From contig CM060733.1 in NCBI GenBank assembly GCA_030704615.1, positions 30,008,001-30,072,000 on the forward strand: 64,000 nt of DNA, written 5' to 3'. The translations under genes and the position numbers were made by a program. This DNA comes from Takakia lepidozioides (Eukaryota > Plantae > Bryophyta). Every line of letters starts with the position of its first letter. Positions within the stretch are counted from its first letter, which is position 1. Below are positions 11,881 through 26,280 of this stretch, piece by piece. Below the pieces are notes generated by a model that searched no databases, was not told where the DNA came from, and saw only the letters and a program-made list of their open reading frames with translations.

Positions 11881-13856
11881 ATCGCGATCTCGCCATCTCG
11901 GGGTTCTTTGTGTGTCCCTTCAGACAAGGTGAATAATTCTCATCTTAAAGACACATTCTGTCTTGTTTGAACTCAAGGATACTTCGAAGAACGAGATAGT
12001 CATCATCATCCATTCTTTGTGTCTGTATGACCTCGAGATGATATGGATCGGCAGATCTATTGAAATCAAGCGATGGTGAATCACAACAACCTCGCCGAGT
12101 TGAAATCAAGCAATGGATAATCACAACAAATTCGCCGAGTTTAGTCATTGTACAGTAAGTTAGTCTGTGGGTGGCGGCTGCTGCAATCCCCTCTTCTTCT
12201 TCTTCGCCATGTGCCTCTCCTTATCCCCCTCAGTAGATTGCGTACATTCTGTCCTTGTCTATACTCTAGGTTTGTGTCTTCCAATCCAAGCTTTTTTATT
12301 TCTCAATTTTCAAGGGAGAAAATGACTATGTGCCTTAGTCCCACGTACGCGGACCCCCCTGTCTGAGAATCTGTTCCTGTTTCCCGGGAAGGTTGTGTGA
12401 TGCGGGCTATGATCGAAGTTCCCAAAATGATGCCATTCATAGCAACCACCTTCCGGGGCAGCTATAGTCACAGAGACCCACGTCATGGGATTGAGCCTGT
12501 TTGCTATTGCCTCCACGCCTCTGGGCCAAACTGCTGATCATGGGTCGATCTCAAAGTACAGACTGCTACGACTTGCAACACACAGTTTGAGTGAATTTTG
12601 ATTATGTACATGTAATTTCAAACCCTCCTTGTCGCCTTCGTTTACCCCAGACATTTTGCTGTCACAGAAATGAGAACGTAAAGATGTGTACTACCTAGGC
12701 AATGAAGTTCCAGGCTGCAAGAGAGGTTTGCAGTTTTCATCACTTGCCGTCGAGCATGCATGTCTTCTGGGAGTTGTTTTGTCACTTAGTCCTGTTGGGA
12801 TCTGCCTTCATTGCAGTGAAGACCTGTGCCCATGATCGAGGAGGGACATTATTAAAAGGAAAAAGCTGTCAGAAAGAATTTGACACTTAATTCCGCGCCA
12901 GGCACACTACATTCCTACTTCCCCTGGCATTTGATCCAGATTTCTCTTCATAGTAAGCTACCGGAGATGGGCATCCGACCTCCGGGCGTGATGACCAGCA
13001 TCTTGTGCGTCTCTCTCACGCACTGGTGCGTTGAGCTGGTACCGTTTACGTGCCATCAGAGAATGTTGGGTGTCATCGATTTTGTTACGACCCCATCTCC
13101 GTGCACAACAACTTTTGAAAGCATACGAGACTGCCACCTCTTCTCCTTCAGTTTGGGATGCACTGTGGCGCGGTTTTGGGCTGATTTCTGACTAGAATCG
13201 ATACTCGAGCAAGATTCTAGAGGGCCCCTACAGCTGCGGTTCTTCTCCTCTCCAGTATGACAAGGACAAGCAACGTTCGTGTAAATGAGTACATCTCTTG
13301 CCCGCACACATATGCACAGTATGTATTTGGGGTCATTCGTCCATCATACATAGGATCTGGGGTTTGTGCCTCAAATTACAGACTTACATCTGAAGTGAGA
13401 TTGTAACAGGAGTGTTTCCTCGTTGTTTCGTAGAGGGAGTGTAAAGGCTGTGAGAGCAAAGATGGACTCAGGGTTCAAGGCATCGATTTGTATTCCAGCT
13501 GATATCCAACATGTTTGAAGTATTGGGCGCTTCGGGATGTTCTGACGATCCTGAAGAAAGCCGGGGTACGTCGCAGGCGGTGTAAGCTTACGTGAAGAGC
13601 AACAAGCACGATTTGGGATCATCCACATTCGTACTCTTAGCTACAATGGATACAATGGATATAATCTATGTACAGTGTAACTTTGCTTGCAGATCCCTCC
13701 CGGAAACATAGCAGGGTTATATGCATGTAGAATTTCTCTCATAGATGCAACAAAGGTCCTCGATCTCTCATACGTGGTATTGAAACCATTGTGGTACTTT
13801 CATTTGCAGGTTGGCTTTGTGATACGCCAATGCGACCACGGGAACTGACAATCACC

Positions 13857-16800
13857 ATGGAGATTGAGCCATTGCACCACACTGAGAAAGTATCATCACC
13901 TACGGGGATTGGAAATCACAACACCATGGGTATTTCCCCTACAGGTCTTGTCTGTCCGATTCAAAGGTCACATGTCCAGACTTGGCTTAGCAGTAACCTT
14001 CTGAGGGTTTCCTGTGGCACCCACCCAATGGAGATGATTCCTGCTTCAGAGACATGGGTGATCATTGCTGTATGCTATGACTCTTACCTTGAAGCCCAAG
14101 TAGCTATCAGCAGGTCCTGTTTGAATACACTGATCATTATCCAGCATGGTTATCCTGGGCTTATCAGGTGGTTGATTTGTAAATGTGGCTGATATTAGAT
14201 GGATTTCTCTGTCGGTGCCGGGGGAGCAGTTTATCAATGCTTTTGAGTACAGACACAATCCACAGACTCACTTAAATGCACACAAGTTAAGGCCTCTCTC
14301 AGGCCTCATGCAAACAGCAAAGATGGTATATTTCATGAGCATCATCCATTTCAGACTATGACTCTTCACTTCTTGTTGGCTTGTGTCTATTGTTGCCTGA
14401 TGTCAGAAATTACAAATGGTCCCTCTCCCCCATGCGGTACTATTATGTAGCCCAACTTCTCCTACTGGTAAATGATCATGCATACCAGGTCCACTGGGTC
14501 ATGAACATGGAAAACACCTTGCAGCTAGAGCAATATGGCCGATGTAACCTTATCCGATCTTTACACCTTGCAATGTTTCCAAGGTGTCTTGTGAGATTGA
14601 TACCAGACTCCTATAACAATGTAGATTAACTCAATGCATGCAGATCTTGCTATCATATCCTAAATTAAATTGTTGGATCTCAGATAATAGATGCGCTACA
14701 GCCCATCAAGTGTGTTGAGGCTGTTTTCCTTGCACTTTACTTAACTGTGAGTCACTTTCCTCGACAAAGCTTACAAGCTACCCTTGATATCTTATCGACT
14801 ATACAGGCTGATGCAAGCAAATCAGTACATCCTAGTCAGGGTAAAAAAAGTGCAAGTTCCTGAAATACAGCAGAACATCTACCTCCTTTTCTCTCTGGCG
14901 CATAAAGGGTAGTGGTATGATTGTCAAGACTGGCTTTACTTCCAATTGAGAAAAACTTTTGATTGCAAGTTGTGTGCTAATGCAGGCTGGCCTTCCTGGG
15001 GTTGAGCGCATTCCACTGGGATTCAAGACTCAGTTGAGAGATCAGGTACTCTTACGACAAGAATTAACCCTTTGTGGGACAGGCAATATCGAAATTATGT
15101 TTTCTTTCTCATTGGCATCACTGTCCACAGAGTGCAAACCACTTGAGGTTTGCCAGTGATGGTGGGTCCGGCTAGCCTCAAGCTCAACAGGAATTATGGG
15201 TAACAATGTGAAGGGTTGGCTTTCTTCAGGCAGAAGTGGAGAGAAGGGTGAGTAAATTGGACATGGAGATTATCCTGCTTTCCACTGAGAGCTCGGAACT
15301 GGGTATTTGGCAGGTATATCAACACATCGTCCTGCTGGTGCAACATGAAGGCAAGTATGGTGCTTTTGGCATCAGTTGCTGCCCTGATCTCATGAACAAG
15401 GACCTGGTATTTGATAGGTAATTAACCTTAACTGTCAACTTCCCAACCTCAGTGCCGTGGGCAGTTTCACTTTCCCCAGTTAATTTAGGAAGAAAGATAA
15501 TTTTACAGTACATACTACAAACAGTTCATTGGGTCTCTCTACAGCTCCTGGGTAGTAATTTCCTCAGGGATGGTTTAGAAGATGGACATAGGGTAGACTT
15601 CAACATGGAAGAAACAATGAAGTGTGGCCTCAGTGCCCTAGCCACAGAACTAAAGACCAGCTATAGAGTTATCATCATCAATTACAAGTTTGCAGCAATG
15701 AGCTTTTCCTGCTGGTATGGTTGACTGTCTTTGTTCAGTTTTGTCACATCCATTGCCTGATGATCTATGATGTTGCAAATCTACAATATGTCCATTCGGA
15801 CTGTGACAGTTTATCGAGTGTAATTGAGGACTACAAGAAGGCTTATGAGGACAGTCAACACACCCTGCTCAAGATCCGCGTGGGCCTTCCGGTGTGTCCA
15901 CACTTGCAAACATGCAATTAGTTTGGCTTCATAGTTCAGAACTTCCATCATGCAAGGGTTGAAACTCTGCCACACCCAAAAATCTAGCTTTAACTTGTTT
16001 TGCTACCCAGCAGCGTTGACTGGGGGCACTGTGAGCTGAATCACTTGTCAGAAGATGGTGGCAGGTGGAGCATAATGTTGGCTCTTCACATTTTGTGTGC
16101 TGGAGCCATCTCTCACTCAACCTTTGTACCCAACCCTGGACAGCAGTGAGATACATACTCTACTTCTGCTTCCTGCTCTACAATGGGCTCTCACTTGATA
16201 ATGTGTTTCTATCCTGAGGCTTCCATCTCTGGTAATCATAACATGTTCATGTTAGAATTGTCACTATGGCTCTCAATTAACATACACTAGACTGGACAAT
16301 ATATCCATAAAGATAGTAAGTCATAGATCTTAGACCCATAATTAGCAAGTTAGTTTCACAAGCAAAGGATGCATGGTGACATGGCCTTCTAACTTGATGG
16401 CAACGTTTACTTTGAGACAGTCCAGCTGACTCAATTTTTTTCTGGCGCCTGTGGAATCAAAGTGTGTTGAGGCCATTGAGAAGCATGCCACCAAGGGAAA
16501 ACGGCTATGGTATCTGTAAGCCCCATGTAAGCTCTTATGTAGTTGCCTTGATAATGTTGCGTCAGAGGCAAGTCATGATGCTCTTCCAGTTCTAATCTTC
16601 CTCCAGCAACTCTTCATTAGAAATCAGAAATGATGCAGCAACATCCCTCTGACTGACAAGGTTTCAATTTGTGCAAGTGGGTACCGGAGTTTACCTGCGG
16701 ACATGGCACCCCCTTCACTCTGGTGAAGCACTTTCAGCTCACAACATGATCACCGTCCTTCTAAACACTTTTGCATACATTTATGTCCCAAATATCATTT

Positions 16801-17395
16801 AATGCATATGTAGCCTCTTGAAATAAGTGTAACAGTTACTTGAAGTGCTCACCTGACAAAGTGATCCGTCTTCCTCCTGCACAGATGGATGCTAACAGGT
16901 ACAGGCCAAAATAACAGAAAAGTCCCGCTTCACAATAAGCTTACAGCAAGTGAGCCACCAAAGAAGTTTTCTGACATTCAAGATAAACCGCAGGTCAAAG
17001 AGTCCAGGCAGAGAAGAGTCCGACCAAGCACAGCAAGGTATGCCAAGTCCACGGCAAGCAGTAAAGGAAAGCTGGCCAGAGCTGACAGTGAGACTGTCAG
17101 CAAGCTACCTTGGGTGATGGCTCGCAGAAGGCCAAATTCTCGCCAAGTTCAACCACTTTCTGTGACAAGGAACCCATTGAAGAGCAGAGGTCTCAAAGCG
17201 ACATCTGCATTAGTAGACAGCAGTGAGACACAAGCTCTCAGGCCCAAGCTGGTCAACCGCCGAAAGCTCATTGTGTTGCGTCGCATCTCTTCGTGTATGA
17301 CAAGCCTTGTCAGATTGCCGAGTCCTGTCCTTTGGGGAACTTGGGTGAGAGGAAACCGGTCTCTGTTCAGCATGGCTACCAAGGTAGCAGGGTGA
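13857..17395 (+). CDS. VASH: Vasohibin-family protein (tubulin detyrosinase-like transglutaminase-fold Cys protease); termini uncertain
   Basis: Phase-consistent exons 14230-14325 (FINAFEYRH..KLRPLSGLMQTAKM), 14684-14746 (LQPIKCVEAVFLALYLT), 14986-15045 (ERIPLGFKT), 15314-15417 (HIVL..KYGAFGISCCPDLMNK), 15810-15891 (DYKKAYE..KIRVGLP), 16065-16145 and 16463-16509 follow the vasohibin motif order. The N-terminal exon and the link to the basic ORF 16889-17395 are unresolved. Confidence 0.85.
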
Positions 17396-18012
17396 GACCA
17401 CAGTTTTCAACCACGAGCTAGATGTCAGCAGCTCGTTGACTACAAGACCACCAGCTTCCACATCGCATCACTGCTGCCTTTTGTATCATGTATACTTCAA
17501 ATGATTATATGAGAACAGGTCTTCACCATGGCCTTTGGCCTTCAAAATCTCAAGTGCTGACCGCAGTATTACTTCATTCAACCATTCCAATGCAGGCTGT
17601 ATTCGCCCTGGGACAACCTAAAGGGGTTTGGGAGATGTTTCCTAGCCCTAAGCTGAATAAAGGATTTGGTAGTGTGAAGTGAATGTGTAAAAGTACTCTG
17701 AACCATCGCTACTGTGAATTGTGAAGTGATCCTGGAATAGATCTACAGTGGATTGGCAGCAGTTTTTCTTAGAGGAAAACTCAATAAAGGATTGTGTGTC
17801 CTGTCCATCTGACATTCTAGGCCGTTCAAACTGGTGGACATGTACAAGTTCTCTCTGTTTGCTCAGTCGTCGGTGAAGGTGAATGGAAAAGGGGTTTTTG
17901 CACAACACGAGTTCCATGACGCAGAATGCCTGGTAAGCCAGACATGCCTGGAATGCCTGGTAATTTGTGTTGAAGCCAGACATCCGTTATGATGAACAGC
18001 AGCAGCAAACCT

Positions 18013-21000
18013 TCAATCCTCATCGTCATTGCCCACTTGGTGATAATTTAACTTTTGAGCACGATACATCTCTGCGACCTGTCAGGAAATGCCAGACCAC
18101 ATCCACCCTGTTAAATCATCCTTAGATTAGTCACTAAGAGCAGTTCTGAATATGCCATCAAAGAAAGATTGATCTCTCTTGCAGTTCTACTCTGACCCAT
18201 AGGCCCTCTGGATAGAATGTAGCTTATTCTTTTTTCCTTCCTTCAGACAGCCAGGAAAAGTTCCTTCACAGAGTATACCCTCATGGAGTCAATAAACGCA
18301 CGTCTATTGCAGTCCTGCTTAGCTTCCAACAGACACTTGACAGACCTGCTGAGCTGAAGTTGCCTGGTCCGGGTTCTTATCTTCGCGCACTCTCAACAAC
18401 CGTGGAAATCGCAATGAGATACCCTTCATAATCCATGAATTTGCGAGTTAGTCAAACAGCTGCTGACAACCTTCTCTTAACCATGGTATTTGAAGGATGC
18501 AGACATGTAAACTTATCCGATTTAGTGACAGACAATTACCCAGGGATAGATATAAAGATGCATTGTAGACTACAGATATGCAAGAGGTTAAGGTACTTGC
18601 TGATGCCATTTCATGGTTGGGAGAAACCACAGAAACTGGTCTCTCATTGACATTACATGCAGAATGTCAGCCTGGCTGCATGAAGACTGATCCTTCCAAT
18701 AGCAGAAAGTATGACCAACTGTGGTATACAGTTTATGTCGTTTCCTCACATTATCTCTTTCTAATTGAAATCACAGGAGGCATCACCTTGTTAGGGTCCA
18801 CCACCCCATTGGCCGCTCGATGAACAGGGCTGATACTCAAGTCGGCAGCCTTCACTTCCCAGACCTGCCAATGAGGATTCAAAAGATAAATCGAAGACTA
18901 TGTATTACATCACACTGTATAGGAAGTTACAATATACTCATAGAGGGAAGAAACGAAGAACGGAATGGAACGGAATGGTACTGTATAACGTCCACGGAAA
19001 GCTCAGAGAGCTTACGGGACAAAAGGGAAAAACAGGAAAGAGACAAAACCACCGCCAAAAGCAGCCCAGAAGCATCTACTGCTCGAGGGATTGCCTAAGG
19101 GCCAAGGCCTCATGCAGATAAGAAACGAAACTTTTTAACGTCCGTGGAAAGCTTAAAGAGCTTAAAGGTACAAAAGAAAGCAAGAACCAAGGAAAAGTGG
19201 GGCCCAAACAGAGGCCTAAAACCTAGTCTATGTTCAAGAGATTCTCTAAGCTTGAGAGTGTCATGCAGATATGCCGCCAGGGAACTCTGACGGGGAGCCC
19301 AAGAGCCTGTAGGGTGAGGGATAGAATAACAAACAAAAAAAACCGTATTGGAAGGTCCATGGACTATTTTTAATCAGGTAATGTGCAGAAAGAAAAGCTG
19401 CAGACTGATGAGAGGGCAGTTGGTGTACCTCCACGGGATCAAACCACACATCCACACCGATAGTCTCCCCGTACCGATAGTATGGCTGTGATGCAAAGGT
19501 AGCCACAGACATTAAATGTAGATCGACAGGCAGAACCCCTTTATGGGCTTTGACACTAAGGTGAGAGCCTGAAATCAGGGCTATTTCATACTACTTCTGG
19601 AGCCTCCCATGTCTGTTTCAATGGGGTGAACGAAATGAAACAAAAGGTAGATCAACTGTACCTTAGGCTTGGCAATAACATGACTGCGTAGAGTGGTGGA
19701 GCGCTCTTCCAGCATAGCATCTGAGAAGCCCGTTCCTTAAGCCACAAACAGAGACATAAACAGCAGTATGTTTGAGGAACATGTCCCTCTGTCATATGTA
19801 GTTCATTTGTCAACTCATTATGTCTATTGCAGCTTACTAATCAACACTCAATCCCTCTTGTGCAGGTGCTATGAAAATTTCAGGGTGACTCTCATGTATA
19901 CCTTTGTTGGACCAAACTCCACACCCAGCACCAGGACAGCTTGTATCATTAAGGCACTATGCCCTTCAGGTATGTCCTAGCCACCATTTACAGGGAACCA
20001 AGAATGTTTTAGTCCTTACCAATCTTGCAGATACTTTGATACTCGTCTTTGTCCTCGTCATAGCATGCCAACAGGAATGCCCCATATACCCCTAATCCAT
20101 AGATGCAACCAAGTAGAGCATCAGCAATACTTTTGTTGGAAGTAATGAATACACAATCTTGAGGCAGGAACTACGACCAATCCTTGAATCATTTCTACAC
20201 TTGAATACAATCAAATTAAGCCTTGTCACAAATTTCGTTGAGATAGCACACAGTTTAACTTGTAGGATTTGACCAATGACTGAGCAGAACAACTGAAGTT
20301 ACAGGCTCAATGAGTTAAGGACTATCCTTGAGAGCATACAATACATCTTAATATGCAACAAGAACTGAAAACACATCCTCTATAGAACCACATCATCAAA
20401 GGCCAACAAACCATTTGCCTCACTTACCAACACGCTTTCCGCGACCATGAAATGCTCCAATTGGTACAAGATCCAACGAATCCCCAATTCTGCACACAAA
20501 CCAGAACTCGGTCTAGACTTGGAATCTCATGCCCTTTGTTATTGGACATCCAAGAGACAACTAAGACCCCGTGATCGCATTCTAACCAAGCCAGCTGATT
20601 CGTATGATAAGCACATTCAGATACAAAAATGAAGGCAATTTCTGTTGACAACCAACCGAATGTTGTTAAAAACACAAAAATATGGTGTCGTGCTACCGAT
20701 CTATCAGCCTGCTTGACATGGTAGCACAGCATCTAGGAACTGGCCAGACTTAATTGAGATGCAAGCAGCAAAGCATGATCAAGGCTTTCACTCCCTCCTT
20801 TTCTTCATGCCTACCTATGTAAACATGAAAGCCCCAAGCATTGAAGGTAACATTAATGGGGGTTGAGGAGTACGTGTCCATGTAATCTTTCTTGAGCTTC
20901 AGCCAGTTGTTTGACCGCTTAGCAGGCTCATACGTTGCATCCTTTGACATTGTCTTCACGATTAAGCCCTCACAACTGCACACAGACCCAACCTTCAATG

Positions 21001-24000
21001 TGGAGTGATCACCTGCAGCTTACAGCTTGAGATGGTTCTATCTGTGATTCTTCAACCTTGAAGGAGCTCAGTTGAGGGAGATATTGCTATGTTTAAGTCA
21101 TGCCATGCCAGATGGCCTGTGCAAGTGGCACTTTTGTCCTCCCATTTCACTTTTGTTACTATGGTTAGCAGAGGACAGTTGCTGGCACCATATTCTGCAC
21201 TATTGATTCCATCCCGAAAGGCTAAGAAGTAGACGTGTTAAGAGAATGTACTCATAAGACACGTTTGCCGTGGCATTGTGGCCATAGACTCCACGCCCGT
21301 TTAGGTAGAACAAGAGGGAACAGACACTCGCTCCAGTAGTGGGACTTACCTTGATACAAACAATTAGTTTGGGCTTTCCAGATTTCCTCTCGAAAGCCCT
21401 TCACCCAAGCATCAATCTGCTGTGTGTGAGATGCCCAGCAATTAGGACCCACAGGGCCAGGGCTTTATGCTCAGCCTTGAGATTTTGAACAGGGACTATG
21501 TTCTTGATGGTCCTAAAGAGGGTCGCTGTCAGACGAGAATACCCACAATCTCCTTTCCTCTCTGCATCTGTTTATTGTTCAGAGGCAGACTCCCCACCCA
21601 GAGTTTCAATATCAGTACAGTGCCGAGGGTGGGTAGGCCATTCCGGTCATCCTTAGTCCTCAGCCATGTCACAAACTGGAAACAGGTTCAGGGAAGTTTG
21701 CCTAACATTGTTAACAGATGTGTTAAAAGAGAAGAAAGAAAATACATTAATATATCCACAGGAAGAAGGAGACCTGTGGTTGATAGCATCGTCAAGAAAC
21801 TTTTGAATTTCTTCCAAGTCATTTGATGTGGTGGCTGTTGCAAACTGAAACTCTCCATTCACCTCCGAGAATGAGGCATACAACGCCTACAGACCCCCAG
21901 CACCACCGCTAGATGTCAGTGCAGACTAGGGAGAATATGGTGCAATCCCATGTGATTCTGCTAGAGAGTCTCCACAAACACAAATCTACATGCAATGCTA
22001 AAGATTGTTCAGCTTCAGCACATGGTCCATGCAGGTGGTATGTCTACCTCTCTCCGTCTGTTCAGCTCTTCATTCAACAGTGGGTGGCCATTTGTGTACA
22101 GAAGGTCAAATGCAAATATGCACACTTGGACCTTGATGTCACTCACTATCACCCCTTTTCTTGCCCTTGTGCTCAGCACCTGCATTTTATGAAAAAGAAC
22201 TTAAAACAGCAGCAGCAACAAAAAAATGTGTGTCGGTGAGGGGGACCAGGGGACAAGGAAGAACAAAGAAAGAAATGAAGTTCATAAGTCCACAGGAAGC
22301 TACAAGAGCTTATTGGACAAGGGAATATAAGAAACAGGAAAGAAAACTGTGGCCCCAACCAGCCACTACAACCATAAAACTCTGATTCAACTTGAGAAGA
22401 AAGAAACTTTCTAACACCTGATGTAGAGAAACTGATCTATAAGCTGACCATTTCCAGTCAAGTTGGTGGCTATGGTATACCTTAACTTTTAAAAAATCAG
22501 GACCAGTTTACATGTGGACCCCCCCATCTGTATCGAGATTCGGAAAAGGAGGCTACTAAGTTTCTCCTCGATAGCATTGGCTGCTAAGGAACCCCAGCAA
22601 CTGATACAGGCAATAAAGGTGTAAAGAAAGGTTAACCTCACCTACAGGTTTACAGTTACCTGTGAGACAATATTTACTGCACCAAAACATAGCCCACCTG
22701 GAAAGGCAGAATCCGGTGTTTCTCCCTGTCATATGCCACTACCTCACAATCTAGCACAAATGACTTCACATCTGGTTTCTTGAATCTGCACCCTGACAAG
22801 AAACTTGTTAGCATCAGTTCCTCCATATACTATTTGAACTAATTCTCAACATCTTTCCTATAAAAGGCAATCAGGAGCTAGCTATCCAGATCTCAACAAA
22901 GGAGGATATGCCACGTTGTATCCAGTCATCTGTACAGGAGCTTCTTGCCCACCATGAAACAACGGGGCTCAACTCTGACTCTCCAAAAGTATACAATCAA
23001 ATGCTTCTGACATAACAACTACACTAAAGCAATAACACAGACCACATTAGCATCTGTGCAGAATACCACAACAGTATGTAGGAAGAGAAGTTTAGGTTGC
23101 CTCACCTACTCATGGATGCCACAATATCGGGGAACTTCCCAGTATTGCGTTCTGCATTTCGACTGTATATCTCCACAGACCCATCTTCCATGTAGTGAAT
23201 CTAGAATCTCTTCCCCAGGTACGCAGTCAGTTAATTGCACATGATGTAGATACATAAATCTCTAGGGATGAAATAAAAACAATTAATATAATGGAGATTA
23301 GTTGGTGCTGATTGTGGATGCACTAACACGACATTTTCAGATGCAACATTGCAACAAAATAGCTCTCACAATACTGCAATGAACTACACTGAGAAAGCCA
23401 TTGTCCTGGAAAACAGAGAGGCACGAGGAGAGAGGATATGCCACCTGTGCTCGCTCTCCATCATACTTGTATTCACAGGTGAACTCAATGTCCTGGAACT
23501 TATCAAGAACTTCAGACACCCCCTTGGTGGGTTTAGCCAGCATGGGTCCCACGGGAACCCCCAGAGTGAATTTACACATTCCAGGTAGCTCACGAATGCT
23601 AGAATCCAACAAAGCAGGCACAATGCGGTCATAGATGGGGAGCACAGAGTACGTATGTTTCATTATTTGCACAGCCTGCAGGCCACAGGATGGGTTGAGC
23701 CTACTAACAAGCTAAGGGGAACAGATAATTTAGCAGTAAAAGTGGCTAAGCTCTTAAATTGTCGGTGACATCTGATAATGAACCACTGAGAATCAAAGGA
23801 CAAAACAGACAAAGTCACCAATGCAACAAGAATCAATGTGGATCAGACCTCTGCCATTTTAACAAAGGGGGCAGCAATAGTACTCTATAGTCCATCGAAC
23901 TAGCAACCAAGAAAAGACCCAGTGTTTAATGACTTACCGAGCTGCCAAAAGGCATGCTCAAAGTGAAAAGGCAGACTAATCAGGTAAAAGATGTTTAGTC

Positions 24001-26280
24001 CTGGTCAACAGGCAATGTTGTATCTTTTCCCCATAGGAGATTCTGTAGTAAGCTTAAACTAAAACACCCTTGTCCCTGCCTCGACACGTGACAGCTGGAT
24101 AACCCTGTTTTGAAGGCTTCTAGAACAAGGAGAAAGATGTTTTGGGGTTTTCAATTGAATTAGTACCTCCTCCAACCTGGCTTGGAGTTGGGAAGAAGGC
24201 ACAGGGGGTTTCTCGGAAAGCACCGCTGCATGTGCCAGGGCAGCCAAGACTGTCTGCTCTGCCAAACCTATACGCATTTTGGACTGCAAGAAGAAAGCCC
24301 ACATTGTACAGGATCACGTCAAGATGTACCATAACACCACAATCAGTACCTGGTGGTCACCCAAAGAATACACCATATTGGGGCCTTACAGCACAAAATC
24401 AGCAACATCACGAGACCATGAAGTGAACACTATGATTAAAAAGCCTCACAAACACAAGAGAGAGAAGAGATGACCTGAAGAAGGCGGACCAGGTACTGGG
24501 GCTCACAGTCAGTGGCAGCTACCAACAGTGCCTTCATGCGGCCACGCTTTTTATCCTGACTCTCCTTTCCAGCCTCCTGCGATCCCATTGTGACAGAATA
24601 TTGGCTACACGATTCAGTTGCAAACATCTATCCATTTAATAGACCCAACACACTATTTTCTGCAAATGACAAAAGATTCAAAAAAGTGATAGCTCTGAAA
24701 CATGAGAAGCATGATTGTAAAAGAAGGAAGGACTTGCCTTAGCAATTACACAAAAAGCTTCGAGAACTTTCACACACATCAGCGCTGGTGGTTTCAACAT
24801 AAGACGTTGGGTGGAGCGGCTGGCCTTTGCAACCAAACCCAAGTCACCCAAAGCCTGCATTCACTGGCAACCCAAACTACTCAGGAAAACTCAGCTAGTG
24901 ATCCACAAATGATTCCATACAATGTAGCAAAGTAACTCCTCAAAAATAAGTAGTTTCAGAGGAGTACTATCCTTGCTCTTAACTTGCTTCCTTTTGGACC
25001 TGTGATTTAGCAGCTCAAAACAGACACCCACGAATCTTATGTATTCCTTTATGCAAAGAACTGGTAAGCTCTCCTAGCTCCTCCATCCGCATACATTCTG
25101 GCATAGTGACCCTAGGCAGTAGAATCCACCCTACCTTCATCTGGCTTTTTATCTGGTCTTCCTTTCTTCCATATGTTTCGGCGAGAGCCCGGATAATGGA
25201 GGCATCCCCTATACCAAGCTCCACACCCTCATGAGCTGGTGCAATTCTGTTGGCTGACAGGTACACCACTGCCAACAAATCCCCTGGTGTGGTTGCAATC
25301 ACTGTTCGGAACACATTGCTGAGAATATCTGTGATTGCTAGCCTTCCTGACTCATTTGCGATCACTGCAAAGCCCACCGTCACCGCAAACATTGTACATA
25401 TTAAAGGTCAAACCTGCACTGAGAAGAGGGCAAGGTCTCATCCAGTATCTCAATTTTGTGACTATGAACTTGGGACAGCACGCACAGGACAGAGAGTTCC
25501 AGGACTTCTCAATGCAGCTTTAATGTACATGAATACAAACAAGGCCTCTGAGACTCTAAAACCTTGATGCAGACCAAGCATAAGGAATCTCCTCTGTGAG
25601 CTCCAATTGCCAGAGTGACCGTCCGGACACTTACAAACCATAACATGCATTCCAGCATTGCAAACCTAATTCTGCTTAGGATTCTCGTTCAAGCCGGGAA
25701 CCAACACAGGTCAACGCATGCACACCTGCACTCTCCTGCAGAGAAACCCTAGTAAAACCCACCCACAAGCCACCTCCCAGCGACACCACAAAATGAAATT
25801 TATCTCCATACCCACCAACCCCCACGAACCAGTAGAACTTTAATACAAGGAGAGGGAAGGGAGACCCAAATGCAACTTACAGTCAAGAGCTCGGGCCAGG
25901 AATAGGAACGGCACCTGCTCGCCCTCCTTCCAGATAGCAGCAGCCTTAGGATCAAAATCCGTTTGCTTCCTGGAGAGCAACTCCATGGACCCACTGATGG
26001 AGGAAGCCTTACCGTCCTCCCCAGCATCGATGACTGCCTCCTCCTTAACCGCAGCCTCTTTGGCTTTAGCAGAGAAAGAGGCAGGGGGACGCCCCTTAGC
26101 CTTTGCCTTGTCCCGCGCTGCTTTCATCAGAATATCGGTCACCGTCCTCTCTGCCATAGCTCTTATCTGAATTCCTTGAACAAATTTGCGAGAACTCAAT
26201 CCACAGACCGACCCACGAGACGGATTGAACAGAGAAAACGCTGAGGCCCCCCGCACAGAGCTGTAGATAAAAGGGGGCAT
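18013..26280 (-). CDS. LIG1: ATP-dependent DNA ligase I, multi-exon
   Basis: Motifs [26 protein letters not shown], catalytic [51 protein letters not shown] and GISLRFPR. Stop TGA at 18015-18013. In-frame ATGs at 26280 and 26157. Confidence 0.95.
18958..19164 (-). mobile_element. Two further retroposon 3'-end fragments in a LIG1 intron
   Basis: taacgtccacggaaagctcagagagctt and taacgtccgtggaaagcttaaagagctt, each next to pentanucleotide repeats, as at 5047-5100. Confidence 0.55.
21255..21500 (-). repeat. Dispersed repeat family copy (with 34885-35410 and 63865-63930)
   Basis: The reverse complement matches tctgttccctctt...tatggccacaagg..c.gcaaac and agccctggccctgt..gggtc.taattgctgggca.ctcacacacagca. 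Confidence 0.7.

Noticed and set aside
15377-15382. U-to-C RNA editing restoring Arg-Arg in vasohibin
   Set aside because: Plant U-to-C editing is known from organelles. This is a nuclear spliced gene, and CpG decay or real substitution is simpler.
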